From the NCBI GenBank assembly GCA_041675505.1, contig JBAYTR010000010.1, positions 67,895 through 131,894 of the forward strand: a stretch of 64,000 nucleotides of DNA, given 5' to 3'. The notes under the pieces were generated by a model. The model was given only the letters and a program-made list of their open reading frames with translations. It was not told the DNA's origin and did no database searches. The translations under genes and the position numbers were made by a program. How positions within the stretch are numbered: position 1 is the stretch's first letter; every line of letters begins with the position of its first letter. Below, piece by piece: positions 49,296-58,948 of this stretch. The stretch comes from Bacteroidia bacterium (GTDB taxonomy: Bacteria > Bacteroidota > Bacteroidia > UKL13-3).

Positions 49296-49958
49296 TTATT
49301 TCTTCACTACTTTCATCCACATTTTTAATGGAAACACGGGGCGGCCGTTGCTTTGGGTGCGCACAGCCATCAGCTTATCCAGTACGTCCAGTCCTTCTAC
49401 AATCTCACCAAAAACAGTGTATTGTTTATCGTAAGAAGGGAGCCCGCCAACGGTAGTATAGAGTTCTCGTTGCGCTTCACTGATGGTATCTTTTTTCTGG
49501 CGCTCAATAATGTTGAGTTCTGAAAGCGAAAACTTTCTGCCCTGTACTATAAAAAACTGTGAACCGTTGGATTCTCTGTTGGGGTTTGCTTTATCGCCTA
49601 CCCTTGAGGCTACCAGTGTGCCTTTTTTGAGGTATAGCCCTTCCACAATTTCTGATTCCAGCGTGTAGCCCGGGCCACCGCCACCCAACACGGCATCGTC
49701 ACTTGCTTCGTAGGAGTTGGGGTCTCCGCCCTCAATAATGGAGCCCGGTTTTACCAAATGAAACAACAGTTCATTGTAGTATTTTTGTTTAACCAGCGAA
49801 ATAAAATTGTCGCGGTGTAAAGGTGTTTCATTGTACAGTTTCACTTTCATGTCACCTGAGTCGGTCATGATAAGCACGTACTTGAATTTTTCCTTTTTTT
49901 GTGCCTGAGCAACCGTGCACAGCACCAGTAAGCCGAAGATGAAAAGCAGTTTTCTCAT
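49296..49958 (-). CDS. peptidylprolyl isomerase, cyclophilin type (secreted)
   Basis: ...FHRVIKDFMIQGGD-like region: ...LFHLVKPGSIIEGGDP...GTLVASRVGDKANPNRESNGSQFFI... Confidence 0.85.
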   Translation of the reverse strand: MRKLLFIFGLLVLCTVAQAQKKEKFKYVLIMTDSGDMKVKLYNETPLHRDNFISLVKQKYYNELLFHLVKPGSIIEGGDPNSYEASDDAVLGGGGPGYTLESEIVEGLYLKKGTLVASRVGDKANPNRESNGSQFFIVQGRKFSLSELNIIERQKKDTISEAQRELYTTVGGLPSYDKQYTVFGEIVEGLDVLDKLMAVRTQSNGRPVFPLKMWMKVVKK

Positions 49959-50353
49959 GGGTTTATCGGTATTTGTTCTTCTTCAAAATAACGCACTATG
50001 TGTTTTTTCAAAAATATTTCCTGACTAAACAAATCGTAAGCCGGCAAAGGTTTCTGTAACTCCCACTGCGGCCAACCGTCCTGATCTAAGGCCGTTAACT
50101 GGTAGTAGCCGGAGTAGCTCAGAATTTTGCAGGTAGCAATGTGCATCAGGTCCATCTTTTCTTCTTTGGTGAACTCGCGCAAAGCACCCAACTCCCGCAT
50201 CCCGATTAAAAACAGTACTGCGTTTAAATCAGGTTTTTTGCGAAACTGCTTCTTCAGTGAAAAAGTAATTTGTATATATTTTTCTTTGGTCTCCTCGTCA
50301 ATGGTTTCAAAGACGCGGTCAAAGTAGTGTTCGTTGCTCATGCTAATCGCCAA
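49955..50353 (-). CDS. hypothetical protein
   Basis: 132-aa ORF translationally coupled to the PPIase gene. No family recognised. Confidence 0.45.
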   Translation of the reverse strand: MAISMSNEHYFDRVFETIDEETKEKYIQITFSLKKQFRKKPDLNAVLFLIGMRELGALREFTKEEKMDLMHIATCKILSYSGYYQLTALDQDGWPQWELQKPLPAYDLFSQEIFLKKHIVRYFEEEQIPINP

Positions 50354-50460
50354 AGATAGGGAAAATGCAGATTATGCCCTGTTTTTGTGCTCATTTTAGG
50401 GCAAAACAGCGAAAGGGACTGCTGAAACGCAGACCAAAACCAATGAAAGGAAGCAGGTGA

Positions 50461-50667
50461 CTACTCTTTTACCTTGCAGGTGCTTATACCGAAAATCTGG
50501 TACAGCGGGCAATAACTGAGCAGGCTGGTTAAGGTAAACACTGCAGCTAAAGCCAGCAGTACCTTGCCTAAAACTCCGTCAACCACACCGGTAAAGTGAA
50601 GCACTACAAAAACGATTGAAACCAGTATACGAATGATACGGTCGGCATTGCTCATGTTTTTTTTCAT
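50461..50667 (-). CDS. DUF2892 (YgaP-like) small membrane protein
   Basis: MKKNMSNADRIIRILVSIVFVVLH... with C-terminal ...CPLY... typical of DUF2892. Confidence 0.6.
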   Translation of the reverse strand: MKKNMSNADRIIRILVSIVFVVLHFTGVVDGVLGKVLLALAAVFTLTSLLSYCPLYQIFGISTCKVKE

Positions 50668-50833
50668 ATCTGATAAATTAAAAAAGTTGTGCTATACCCA
50701 CAGCTATGGCAATACAAACTATACAAGCCAATATAAAACGAATAACCTTGGGCATAACCTTTCTTTGTTCAAAGATGAGCATTTTAGGTAAACAGCAAAA
50801 ATGATTTTCATCAGCTAATGAGATGGGTTAGAG

Positions 50834-50890
50834 TGGGCAAAAGGTGTTTCGCTGTTTCGGAAACTTGGTGTATTTTGCCTTTCTAAAATT
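50834..50890 (+). promoter_or_regulatory. 57-bp promoter/operator-like element, copy 1, immediately upstream of the 50899 gene
   Basis: GGGCAAAAggtgTTTCGCTGTTTCGgaAacTTggtGTATTTTGCCtTTCTAAAATTA. Near-identical to 51524-51580. Contains the GGCAAAA...TTTTGCC inverted repeat. A TAtgTTTG (-7-like) box follows. Confidence 0.5.
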
Positions 50891-50898
50891 ACGTATGT

Positions 50899-51381
50899 TT
50901 GTTATACAGTAATTCACATGATGAGTTTTATAGAATAATGCCAATGGCTTTTAGAATCTGCCTTTCTGTACTGTCTCTTTTCTTCATATACGCATGTGAA
51001 ACAACCACAGACCCTGCTTCCAGAAATGATATTACCATTATTAACTCATTCAATCAGGAGGTAACAATTACCCTGTATGAATCAATGTTTACATTCAAGG
51101 TTAAGCCCGGTAAATCCTACACGTATTATCAGGGAGCAGGTGACGGCCCGCCACCTTTGGATTTTAATGGTTCTGACTCCATTGTTGTAACGTTTGCAGA
51201 TGGCAAGAAGAAAGCAGACTATAACTGTAATGATAGAGCAGTTACTTCTATTATTCAGAATTGTCGCGCAGACACTATCAGCTTATTCAACAGCTTTCGC
51301 TATATCTCGCAAGAGTTAAGTAAACACAACTTCATGAATTATTATACTATTACGCAGGAAGATTATAATGAAGCAAAATAA
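50899..51381 (+). CDS. hypothetical secreted or lipoprotein
   Basis: Probable start at the internal MPMAFRICLSVLSLFFIYAC. Lipobox-like. Confidence 0.45.
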   Translation: MLYSNSHDEFYRIMPMAFRICLSVLSLFFIYACETTTDPASRNDITIINSFNQEVTITLYESMFTFKVKPGKSYTYYQGAGDGPPPLDFNGSDSIVVTFADGKKKADYNCNDRAVTSIIQNCRADTISLFNSFRYISQELSKHNFMNYYTITQEDYNEAK

Positions 51382-51523
51382 TTAAGAGGTTCCAAACAGT
51401 CAGGGAGGATATTCATCCTCCCTTCTTCCAAGAAACACTCCACAAAGCAATACACCTCTCGCAGGATATTTATCCTGCAAGCACAATTCAATTAGAACCT
51501 AACAGCAGCCAGTAACAAGGCCT

Positions 51524-51580
51524 GGGCAAAACGCATTTCGCTGTTTCGCACATTTACCGTATTTTGCCCTTCTAAAATTA
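51524..51580 (+). promoter_or_regulatory. 57-bp promoter/operator-like element, copy 2, immediately upstream of the M1 peptidase gene
   Basis: GGGCAAAAcgcaTTTCGCTGTTTCGcaCatTTaccGTATTTTGCCcTTCTAAAATTA. Confidence 0.5.
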
Positions 51581-51591
51581 TATTTTAACAC

Positions 51592-54030
51592 ATGAAGTTT
51601 TTTGTTTCCCTTTTCGCCATGCTGGCAGTTGTTCAACTGCAGGCACAAACGCTTACCACCCACAACTGTTATGTACGCGACCCCAATGCCAGTCCGCGGG
51701 AGCACAACATTGACATCGAGCGTCAAAAACTGGAGGTAGAGTTTGAACCCGCCAAGGGTTTGGTAAAGGGCAAAGTAACCCACAGCTTTACCGTTATTCA
51801 AAAGCAAGTGGATTCTATATTTTTTGATGGTCCCGGCATTCGTATCCAAGAGGCATCTATAGATGCTCAAACCCTTCGTTACAAAACCAATGCGGAGGGT
51901 GTGTGGGTATATCCGGCCAAAACACTGAACTGGGATGAGAAACATTTTATCACCTTTGTGTACGAGTGTAACCCGCGCAAAGGCATTTATTTCATCGGCT
52001 GGCACAACGATAACAGCAACAAGGGAGACGCCTTTAACCGCACCCGCAACCAGATATGGACACAGGGGCAGGGTATTGATAACCGCCACTGGATACCCAG
52101 CTACGATACACCCAACGACAAAATGCTTACCGAGGTGTTGGTTAAGTTTGATAAGGAGTATCAGGTATTAAGCAACGGAACGGCTTTAGGCATTAAAGAC
52201 AACAAAGACGGCACAAAAACCTGGCACTACAGCATGACCCGCCCGCATGCGAGTTACCTGCTCATGTTGGGCATTGGTAAATATGCGGTGAAATCAACTA
52301 AAAGCACGGCCAGCAAAACACCGGTGCATTTTTGGTACTACCCTGAGTTCAAAGAAAAAGTAGAACTCACCTCCGTTTACACCGAGCGTATGGTAGATTT
52401 TATGGAGAACGAAACCGGCATGAAATACCCTTGGGAAAGTTACTCGCAAATTATGGTGCAGGAGTTTTTATACGGTGCCATGGAAAACACCACGGCTACC
52501 ATTTTCGGAGACTTTATGGCCGTTGACCAACGCCAGTTCATTGATAAAAACTACATTGGTGTTAACTGCCATGAGTTTGTACACCAGTGGTTCGGAGATT
52601 TTATCACCGCCCGTACCTACAACGATACTTGGTTGCAGGAGAGTTATGCTACCTATTATCCCAAAAAGTTTTTCCGCCAGTTGTATGGTGATGAACACTA
52701 TGAATGGCAAAAGCGCGGAGAACAAAATTCCGCTTTAGATGCATCCAAAAAAGACCGTTTGGCCGTTGGTCATTCCAATGGCGGTACTGCACGTGTGTAT
52801 CCTAAAGGTTCATTTGTAATTGGCATGCTCAACTATGTGCTGGGCGAAGAACAATACAAAAGGGGATTAAACCATTACCTCAAAAACCACGCATACGGCA
52901 ATGTACAAACCAACGACCTGATGATGGCCTTTCACGATAAGCTGGGCATTACCCTCGATTGGTTTTTTGACCAGTGGATATACCGTGGTGCAGAGCCACA
53001 CTATGAGGTAAATTATCAGGATATAAAAGGCAGCAGCCGTTACACACAAATTCAGGTAAAACAAATTCAACAGGTAGATGAAGTGGTGGGCTACTTTAAA
53101 ATGCCGGTGGTTTTTGAAGTGAACTATACTGACGGTTCAAAGGAAAGTGTTAAAGAGTGGGTGCAGGGTAACGCTACCACCGTTCAAGTTCCCAACAAGA
53201 ACAACAAAGAAATTGCTTTTGTATTGTTCGATCCCGGGAATGAAATTTTGAGACAGCTCACCTTTAAAAAATCAACAGAGGAATTAAAGGCACAAGCCCT
53301 AAAAGCCGCACACATGATTGACCGCTACGATGCCTTGTTGGGTTTGCGCGAGGTAAGCATCGAGGAGAAGCGTCAAACATTGGTAGAGGTATTTAACAAA
53401 GAAACTTTCCATGCCACACGTAATGAAGTTATCAGCCAACTGGCGAAAGACAAGGATGGAAGGAGCTTGGAAATACTGCGCAAAGCATTTTCGGATAAAG
53501 ACGTGAATGTGCGTCAGGCGGCAGTTAATGCAGTGGATGCACAAGGTGAGTGGGTAGAGTATTTTAAGAAGTCGCTGACCGATTCTTCTTACAACATTAT
53601 CAGAACAGCCTTAACCAAACTAGGCGAACAACAACCCGCTGAAATAAATGCGTGGTTACAAACCACCGACAACCTTTACGGGCACAACCACGACCTGCGC
53701 ATCAAGTGGCTGGAGTTGGCCATTCGCAGCGGCAAGGACAACTACAAAGAGGAACTCATAGGCTACAGTAGCCGTCAGTTTGAGTTCAGAACACGTAATG
53801 CCTGCTTTACTGCACTTAAATCACTTAACCTGTTTAATGAGCAGGTGGCAAATAATTTACTAAATGCCGCCATGAGTCCAAACGGAAGATTAAAAGGCCC
53901 TGCCGTGGAAACCCTACAGTACTTTATGCAGCAATCGGGTGCTATGGGTACACTAAAACAACATTACAACAAAGCCGATTATTCAGCAGAACAAAAAGAC
54001 CTGATTAAGAAAGCCGGTATTAATCTCTGA
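51592..54030 (+). CDS. M1 family metallopeptidase (aminopeptidase N-like) with C-terminal HEAT-like repeats
   Basis: GAMEN motif (YGAMENT), HEFVHQWFGD...E zinc motif. 812 aa. Signal peptide. Confidence 0.85.
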   Translation: MKFFVSLFAMLAVVQLQAQTLTTHNCYVRDPNASPREHNIDIERQKLEVEFEPAKGLVKGKVTHSFTVIQKQVDSIFFDGPGIRIQEASIDAQTLRYKTNAEGVWVYPAKTLNWDEKHFITFVYECNPRKGIYFIGWHNDNSNKGDAFNRTRNQIWTQGQGIDNRHWIPSYDTPNDKMLTEVLVKFDKEYQVLSNGTALGIKDNKDGTKTWHYSMTRPHASYLLMLGIGKYAVKSTKSTASKTPVHFWYYPEFKEKVELTSVYTERMVDFMENETGMKYPWESYSQIMVQEFLYGAMENTTATIFGDFMAVDQRQFIDKNYIGVNCHEFVHQWFGDFITARTYNDTWLQESYATYYPKKFFRQLYGDEHYEWQKRGEQNSALDASKKDRLAVGHSNGGTARVYPKGSFVIGMLNYVLGEEQYKRGLNHYLKNHAYGNVQTNDLMMAFHDKLGITLDWFFDQWIYRGAEPHYEVNYQDIKGSSRYTQIQVKQIQQVDEVVGYFKMPVVFEVNYTDGSKESVKEWVQGNATTVQVPNKNNKEIAFVLFDPGNEILRQLTFKKSTEELKAQALKAAHMIDRYDALLGLREVSIEEKRQTLVEVFNKETFHATRNEVISQLAKDKDGRSLEILRKAFSDKDVNVRQAAVNAVDAQGEWVEYFKKSLTDSSYNIIRTALTKLGEQQPAEINAWLQTTDNLYGHNHDLRIKWLELAIRSGKDNYKEELIGYSSRQFEFRTRNACFTALKSLNLFNEQVANNLLNAAMSPNGRLKGPAVETLQYFMQQSGAMGTLKQHYNKADYSAEQKDLIKKAGINL

Positions 54031-54037
54031 TAACACC

Positions 54038-54727
54038 ATGAAAAAAAACTGTGCACTATTCATCATCAGCCTGCTTGCTGCTTTGCCGTTAAAGGCGCAG
54101 GTGAGCAAATACAGGTCTGAAGGCTGGGAGTTGATTCATTCGTTTTCCGAGTATAATGTTGCCGGTAAGCGGGTTGACAATCGTTTGCGATTCTCAGCAT
54201 TTTTTCACGTTAACCAACGCAGGCACTTTGATTTTGGCAAATCCTTCGGAGTGTTTACAGGTTTTGCGGTGCGCAACGTAGGCTTTATTGCCCGTGAAAG
54301 CGATAGCCTTACCGTTAAACGAAGGGTATATACCATGGGCGTTCCGCTGGCTTTTAAGGTGGGCAACATGAGTAAGATGATTTTCTTTTATGCCGGTGGA
54401 GAGGCTGAACTGGCGCTAAACTACAAAGAAAAACACTTTGTTGACGGCAGCAAAGAGAAGAAGTTCAATGAGTGGTTCAGTGAACGTACCCCGTTGTTTA
54501 TGCCCTCGGTTTTCGCAGGGTTTCAGAACAAGAAGGGGTTCAACCTGTGTTTTAAATACTATTTGAATAATTTCTTCAATACCGGCTACAGCCATAGCGG
54601 GGTAAAACCCTATACACTTTCGAAGGCCAATGTGTTTTACGTGTCGGCTTCGTACAGTCGTAAGAACCGCAAAAGCGCACGGACAAAGGACAAAACAACG
54701 GTTAATCCCGTTACATTGGCCCGCTGA
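54038..54727 (+). CDS. hypothetical outer-membrane-type protein
   Basis: Signal peptide MKKNCALFIISLLAALPLKAQ. Alternating beta-strand-like pattern. Four nt from the upstream gene. Confidence 0.45.
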   Translation: MKKNCALFIISLLAALPLKAQVSKYRSEGWELIHSFSEYNVAGKRVDNRLRFSAFFHVNQRRHFDFGKSFGVFTGFAVRNVGFIARESDSLTVKRRVYTMGVPLAFKVGNMSKMIFFYAGGEAELALNYKEKHFVDGSKEKKFNEWFSERTPLFMPSVFAGFQNKKGFNLCFKYYLNNFFNTGYSHSGVKPYTLSKANVFYVSASYSRKNRKSARTKDKTTVNPVTLAR

Positions 54728-54750
54728 AAACGCCTCTTGTTTTTTGCCTG

Positions 54751-54800
54751 AAAAGCGTATTTTTGCTGCGCTTTAAAAAATGATTAACAATTAAATAGTT
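54751..54800 (+). ncRNA. candidate SAM-II-like riboswitch in the metK leader
   Basis: AAAGCG-UAUUUUUGCUG-CGCUUU hairpin with a U-rich loop, followed by UAAAAAAUGAUUAAC (A-tract able to form a pseudoknot/triplex with the loop U-run), 12-60 nt upstream of the metK ATG. Pattern match only. Confidence 0.3.
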
Positions 54801-54811
54801 TTTACTACCAT

Positions 54812-56068
54812 ATGCCGTATTTATTTACATCCGAGTCCGTAAGTGAAGGACACCCAGACAAAGTAGCCGATCAGATATCGGATGCACTTATTGACCATTT
54901 TTTGGCTTTTGACCCAGATTCGAAAGTTGCCTGTGAAACACTGGTAACTACAGGACAGGTGGTTTTGGCCGGTGAAGTGAAATCAAAAGCTTACTTAGAC
55001 GTTCAAACCATTGCACGTGATGTAATCAAGAAAATTGGTTACACCAAAAGTGAATACATGTTTGAAGCCAATTCTTGCGGTGTGCTTTCAGCCATCCACG
55101 AACAAAGCGCTGATATCAACCAAGGTGTTGACCGTAAAAAGAAACAAGACCAAGGTGCAGGCGACCAGGGAATGATGTTTGGTTATGCTACCGCTGAAAC
55201 CGAAGACTATATGCCATTGGCACTTGACTTAGCGCACAAGGTATTGATTGAACTGGCTGCATTGCGCAGAGAGAACAAAGCCATCAAGTACCTTCGCCCC
55301 GATGCTAAATCACAGGTAACACTGGAATACAATGATAAGAATGAGCCGGTGCGCATTGACTCTATCGTGGTATCAACCCAACACGATGATTTTGACAGCG
55401 AAGCTAAAATGCTGGCTAAAATCAAAGAAGACATTGTAAAAATTCTTATCCCCCGCGTTAAAGCGAAATATAAGAAGTACGCCAAGTTGTTTAACAACGA
55501 TATCAAGTACCACATTAACCCAACCGGTAAATTCGTAATCGGTGGTCCGCATGGTGATACCGGCTTAACCGGCCGTAAGATTATTGTAGATACGTATGGT
55601 GGTAAAGGTGCACACGGTGGTGGTGCCTTCTCCGGAAAAGATCCTTCCAAAGTTGACCGTTCAGCAGCATATGCTACCCGTCACATTGCCAAAAATCTGG
55701 TAGCTGCCGGTGTGTGTACTGAAGTATTGGTTCAAGTTTCTTACGCCATTGGTGTAAAAGACCCTATGGGCATTTACGTGAATACCTACGGCACAGCAAA
55801 AGTTAAAATGACCGATGGTCAGATTGCCAAAGCAGTGGAGAAGGTATTTGACATGACCCCTTACGGTATTGAAAGCCGCCTTAAACTGCGTAACCCTATT
55901 TACAGCGAAACTGCTGCATACGGACACATGGGTCGCAAAAATGAGGTAGTAACCAAAACCTTTACCGGACCTGATGGTAAGAAGTTCACCAAAAAAGTGG
56001 AACTCTTTACCTGGGAGAAATTAGATTATGTAGAGAAGGTGAAAAAAGCCTTCGGAATCAAAAAATAA
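54812..56068 (+). CDS. metK: methionine adenosyltransferase
   Basis: ...[19 protein letters not shown]..., [10 protein letters not shown]-loop. 418 aa. Confidence 0.95.
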   Translation: MPYLFTSESVSEGHPDKVADQISDALIDHFLAFDPDSKVACETLVTTGQVVLAGEVKSKAYLDVQTIARDVIKKIGYTKSEYMFEANSCGVLSAIHEQSADINQGVDRKKKQDQGAGDQGMMFGYATAETEDYMPLALDLAHKVLIELAALRRENKAIKYLRPDAKSQVTLEYNDKNEPVRIDSIVVSTQHDDFDSEAKMLAKIKEDIVKILIPRVKAKYKKYAKLFNNDIKYHINPTGKFVIGGPHGDTGLTGRKIIVDTYGGKGAHGGGAFSGKDPSKVDRSAAYATRHIAKNLVAAGVCTEVLVQVSYAIGVKDPMGIYVNTYGTAKVKMTDGQIAKAVEKVFDMTPYGIESRLKLRNPIYSETAAYGHMGRKNEVVTKTFTGPDGKKFTKKVELFTWEKLDYVEKVKKAFGIKK

Positions 56069-56082
56069 AAGTGACTTAAAAT

Positions 56083-56114
56083 AACGCTCCGAATTTTCGG
56101 AGCGTTATTTGTTT
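56083..56114 (+). terminator. rho-independent terminator after metK
   Basis: AACGCTCCGAA-tt-TTCGGAGCGTT followed by ATTTGTTT. Confidence 0.65.
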
Positions 56115-56144
56115 AGTGACCATTTATAACATAATACATACCAC

Positions 56145-56522
56145 ATGAAAAAGTCTCTACTCCTAGTTTTGGCTCTTGCCTTGTTTTCTTTTTCTGCCTG
56201 CGATGAAGATGGTACAACCCCGGTAGACACCTCTGCTGAATATTTGGGAAAGCTGGAAGTAAAAGTTTTTGATAACAGCATTAACGTGGTAAGCAACACA
56301 CCGGTTTACCTGTACCGCAACCTGGATGATTTATACAACAACTTTTATTTAGAGGTAGATTACACAGCAGGTTCAGGTATTGCTGAGTTTGGTGAAACCA
56401 TTGAAGGGTTTTATTACCTGCGTACCGGCAGGTACATCTTTAACGAATGGTATGCTGATACCGGTGCCGTGCAAATTATTGGCGGGCAACTCACCAAGCG
56501 AGAAATGTATTTGCATAAGTAA
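56145..56522 (+). CDS. hypothetical lipoprotein
   Basis: MKKSLLLVLALALFSFSAC lipobox. 125 aa. Confidence 0.5.
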   Translation: MKKSLLLVLALALFSFSACDEDGTTPVDTSAEYLGKLEVKVFDNSINVVSNTPVYLYRNLDDLYNNFYLEVDYTAGSGIAEFGETIEGFYYLRTGRYIFNEWYADTGAVQIIGGQLTKREMYLHK

Positions 56523-56661
56523 GCGGGGGATTGTGCTACTAAGGTTTGGCTATAATCAAGTGGCTGCTTTTGAAAACGTCTCTGTCCACAATGACCAAAC
56601 GTAATAGCATTATATTTACTCATCACCCGCCATTGGTTATAGCTTTTGTTCGCAGCGGGCT

Positions 56662-57123
56662 TTAGTCTGTAAAATGTCCATCATGTCCACTTGCTCTAAC
56701 TAAAGTATGTCCGTTTTTGAAAACGAGTTGGAGTCCGTGTTCTATCTCCCAGTCACACCCGCACGATACACATAAATAGAGGTCCCCATTTTCGTCCCAT
56801 TGAATTATTATCTCATTGGCGATAAGGTGGTTCCAAATCTCCGATGATGTCTTGATGTTTAGGGCTTTTGTGTAGCCAGACTTCAAAGTCTCGTTATAAT
56901 ATTTATAAACCAGTCCTGAGTCATTTATTCTGTCCTTAGAGTTCAACTTTAGAAAATTTTCTAAAACTTTGTCAGCGGATTCTAAATACGTTTGATGCCT
57001 TGCCTCTACAAATCCAATCGCTAATTTTTTGTTGTCAAAGTATGGAATTTCAAATGGTTCGCTCTCAAAATACTCTCCGTCTATTTCGTTTGCTTTTAAT
57101 TGTCCAACGATTTTTGATTCCAT
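56662..57123 (-). CDS. hypothetical protein (153 aa)
   Basis: No signal peptide or TM segment. Cys/His cluster CVSCGCDWEIEHG...GHDGHF near the C-terminus. No family recognised. Confidence 0.45.
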   Translation of the reverse strand: MESKIVGQLKANEIDGEYFESEPFEIPYFDNKKLAIGFVEARHQTYLESADKVLENFLKLNSKDRINDSGLVYKYYNETLKSGYTKALNIKTSSEIWNHLIANEIIIQWDENGDLYLCVSCGCDWEIEHGLQLVFKNGHTLVRASGHDGHFTD

Positions 57124-57165
57124 AGTCGTCTCTGTTTTTTGAAAGCTTGCTAACTCTAAAACAAC

Positions 57166-58002
57166 CTAAACTGCTCTCTTGCTCTTTTCTACGCGGTTGG
57201 CAATAACAATACTGAATTCATACAAACCATACAGCGGTATGGTCATCAAAATCTGACTGGTTACATCCGGTGGTGTAACAATAGCGGCTATTATTAATAT
57301 GATGAGGAAAGCGTGCCTGCGGTATTTTTTCATAAAGGCAGCACTCATTACCCCCAGTTTAGCTAAAAAGAAAACCACTATGGGCAATTCGAAAACAATA
57401 CCCGTTGCCAGTGTGAGGGTGGCCACAAAGTCAATGTACGACTCCAGGTTAATCTCGTTGATTACCTCTTCACTTACCCGGTAGCTACCCAAAAAACTTA
57501 ATGATACGGGAGTTAAGAAATAGTACCCGAATAAAATACCAATGAAGAAGAGGATGGAAGAATAAAAAACAATTCCCCTCACCTTGTTGCGCTCAGATTT
57601 TTTCAAAGCCGGGCGAATGAACTTCCACACCTCGAGCAGAATAAACGGAAAGGCTAAAATTACACCGGCTATAAACGCCACAAACATGTGCTGGGTAAAT
57701 TGCCCCGACATGGTGATGTTGCTCACCACAAATCCGATATCCGACAGGCACATGGTGTCATCGTGGTAAATTTTGTGCGACAACTCACACAGCATGCGGT
57801 AGGTCCAGAAATCAGTACGTTTTGGGCCGAAGATGAGGGTATCAAAAATGAAACTCTTTTGAACAAATGCGGCAATGGTACCCACCAGAATAGCTACCAC
57901 CGCCCGGAACAAGTGCTTGCGCAGGTCGTCCACATGGTCAAAGAAACTCATTTCTTTGGCATCCTGGTCGTGTAGTAGTTCGTCTTCCTGGTCGAGTGGC
58001 AT
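57166..58002 (-). CDS. tatC: twin-arginine translocase subunit TatC
   Basis: ...MSFFDHVDDLRKHLFRAVVAIL... and six TM segments. Confidence 0.85.
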   Translation of the reverse strand: MPLDQEDELLHDQDAKEMSFFDHVDDLRKHLFRAVVAILVGTIAAFVQKSFIFDTLIFGPKRTDFWTYRMLCELSHKIYHDDTMCLSDIGFVVSNITMSGQFTQHMFVAFIAGVILAFPFILLEVWKFIRPALKKSERNKVRGIVFYSSILFFIGILFGYYFLTPVSLSFLGSYRVSEEVINEINLESYIDFVATLTLATGIVFELPIVVFFLAKLGVMSAAFMKKYRRHAFLIILIIAAIVTPPDVTSQILMTIPLYGLYEFSIVIANRVEKSKRAV

Positions 58003-58070
58003 AAGGGCGCAAATATAATCAACTACCGTTTACTATTTGCTGTATCAACCCTTTCAAAAATGTTTCCGCT

Positions 58071-58832
58071 TTAATTACGTTTTTTATTCGCTCTGAAGTT
58101 GTAGTTTACCTGAAGCAAAAGGCTGTTTAACTTAGGAGAACTCCAGCCGTCTGATGAATATGTGTTTATGCGGTGGTTATAGTTGATTTTTGGGGTGTAA
58201 CCTTTAGCCACCTGATAATACAACCCAACATTGAATAAATGATTGGACACATCTTTCGATAGTCCAAGTACTAAGCAGTTATAACCACCGGATAAAGGAG
58301 AGGAGCTTCCATAATTTAATAATAGTGACCCGGGATTCTGACTTCTAAAATACACCGAAGAAGATTGATTTATACCGAGAATGTGTTTATAACCGTACCC
58401 AACATACAACCCGATGCTATCAAGTTTGCGGAGACAATAACTGATACCCGCCTCAGGAAGTACAATTATAAAAGTAGTTTTCTCAACGAATTTGCCACTG
58501 GTATTGCCATTGTCGGTGTTAAAATACTCTTTTAAAGTATAGCTTTCTTTTTGCGCTGCTAACGATAGATTTAATAAAAACTTATCGCTCAACTTAATTT
58601 TACAGGCATACCCGAATTTCCACCCTACAGCCATTGTATTGTAATCATAAAGATCGCTTCTGTAATGAGCAAAATCTTCTTCAACATTCCCAAATTGATT
58701 TGTAAAATTTACAACAGGTGCGATAAAGACAGAGGATGCTATTTTTCTCTGTGAGTAGGCGTTTTCAGTATAAAAGAAAGTACTAAAGAATAAAGTTAGT
58801 ATAACAAATCTCATTATAGGTTGTATTAGCAC
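58071..58832 (-). CDS. hypothetical outer-membrane beta-barrel (porin-like) protein
   Basis: Signal peptide, alternating aromatic beta-strand pattern, C-terminal ...YNF-type motif region. Confidence 0.45.
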   Translation of the reverse strand: MLIQPIMRFVILTLFFSTFFYTENAYSQRKIASSVFIAPVVNFTNQFGNVEEDFAHYRSDLYDYNTMAVGWKFGYACKIKLSDKFLLNLSLAAQKESYTLKEYFNTDNGNTSGKFVEKTTFIIVLPEAGISYCLRKLDSIGLYVGYGYKHILGINQSSSVYFRSQNPGSLLLNYGSSSPLSGGYNCLVLGLSKDVSNHLFNVGLYYQVAKGYTPKINYNHRINTYSSDGWSSPKLNSLLLQVNYNFRANKKRN

Positions 58833-58948
58833 AAGGTACTGTACGGTTTAAAAATGTACCCCGATTTAGAAATAATTTTGAGTGATAACGGAGCAAACAT
58901 AATTTTTAGTTTCGCAGACCCTGATATTCCTTGGTTAGAACCAAATAC

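Noticed and set aside
51499-52089. 196-aa minus-strand ORF overlapping the start of the M1 peptidase gene
   Set aside because: Antisense to a confidently identified gene and to the conserved 57-bp upstream element. No recognisable features.
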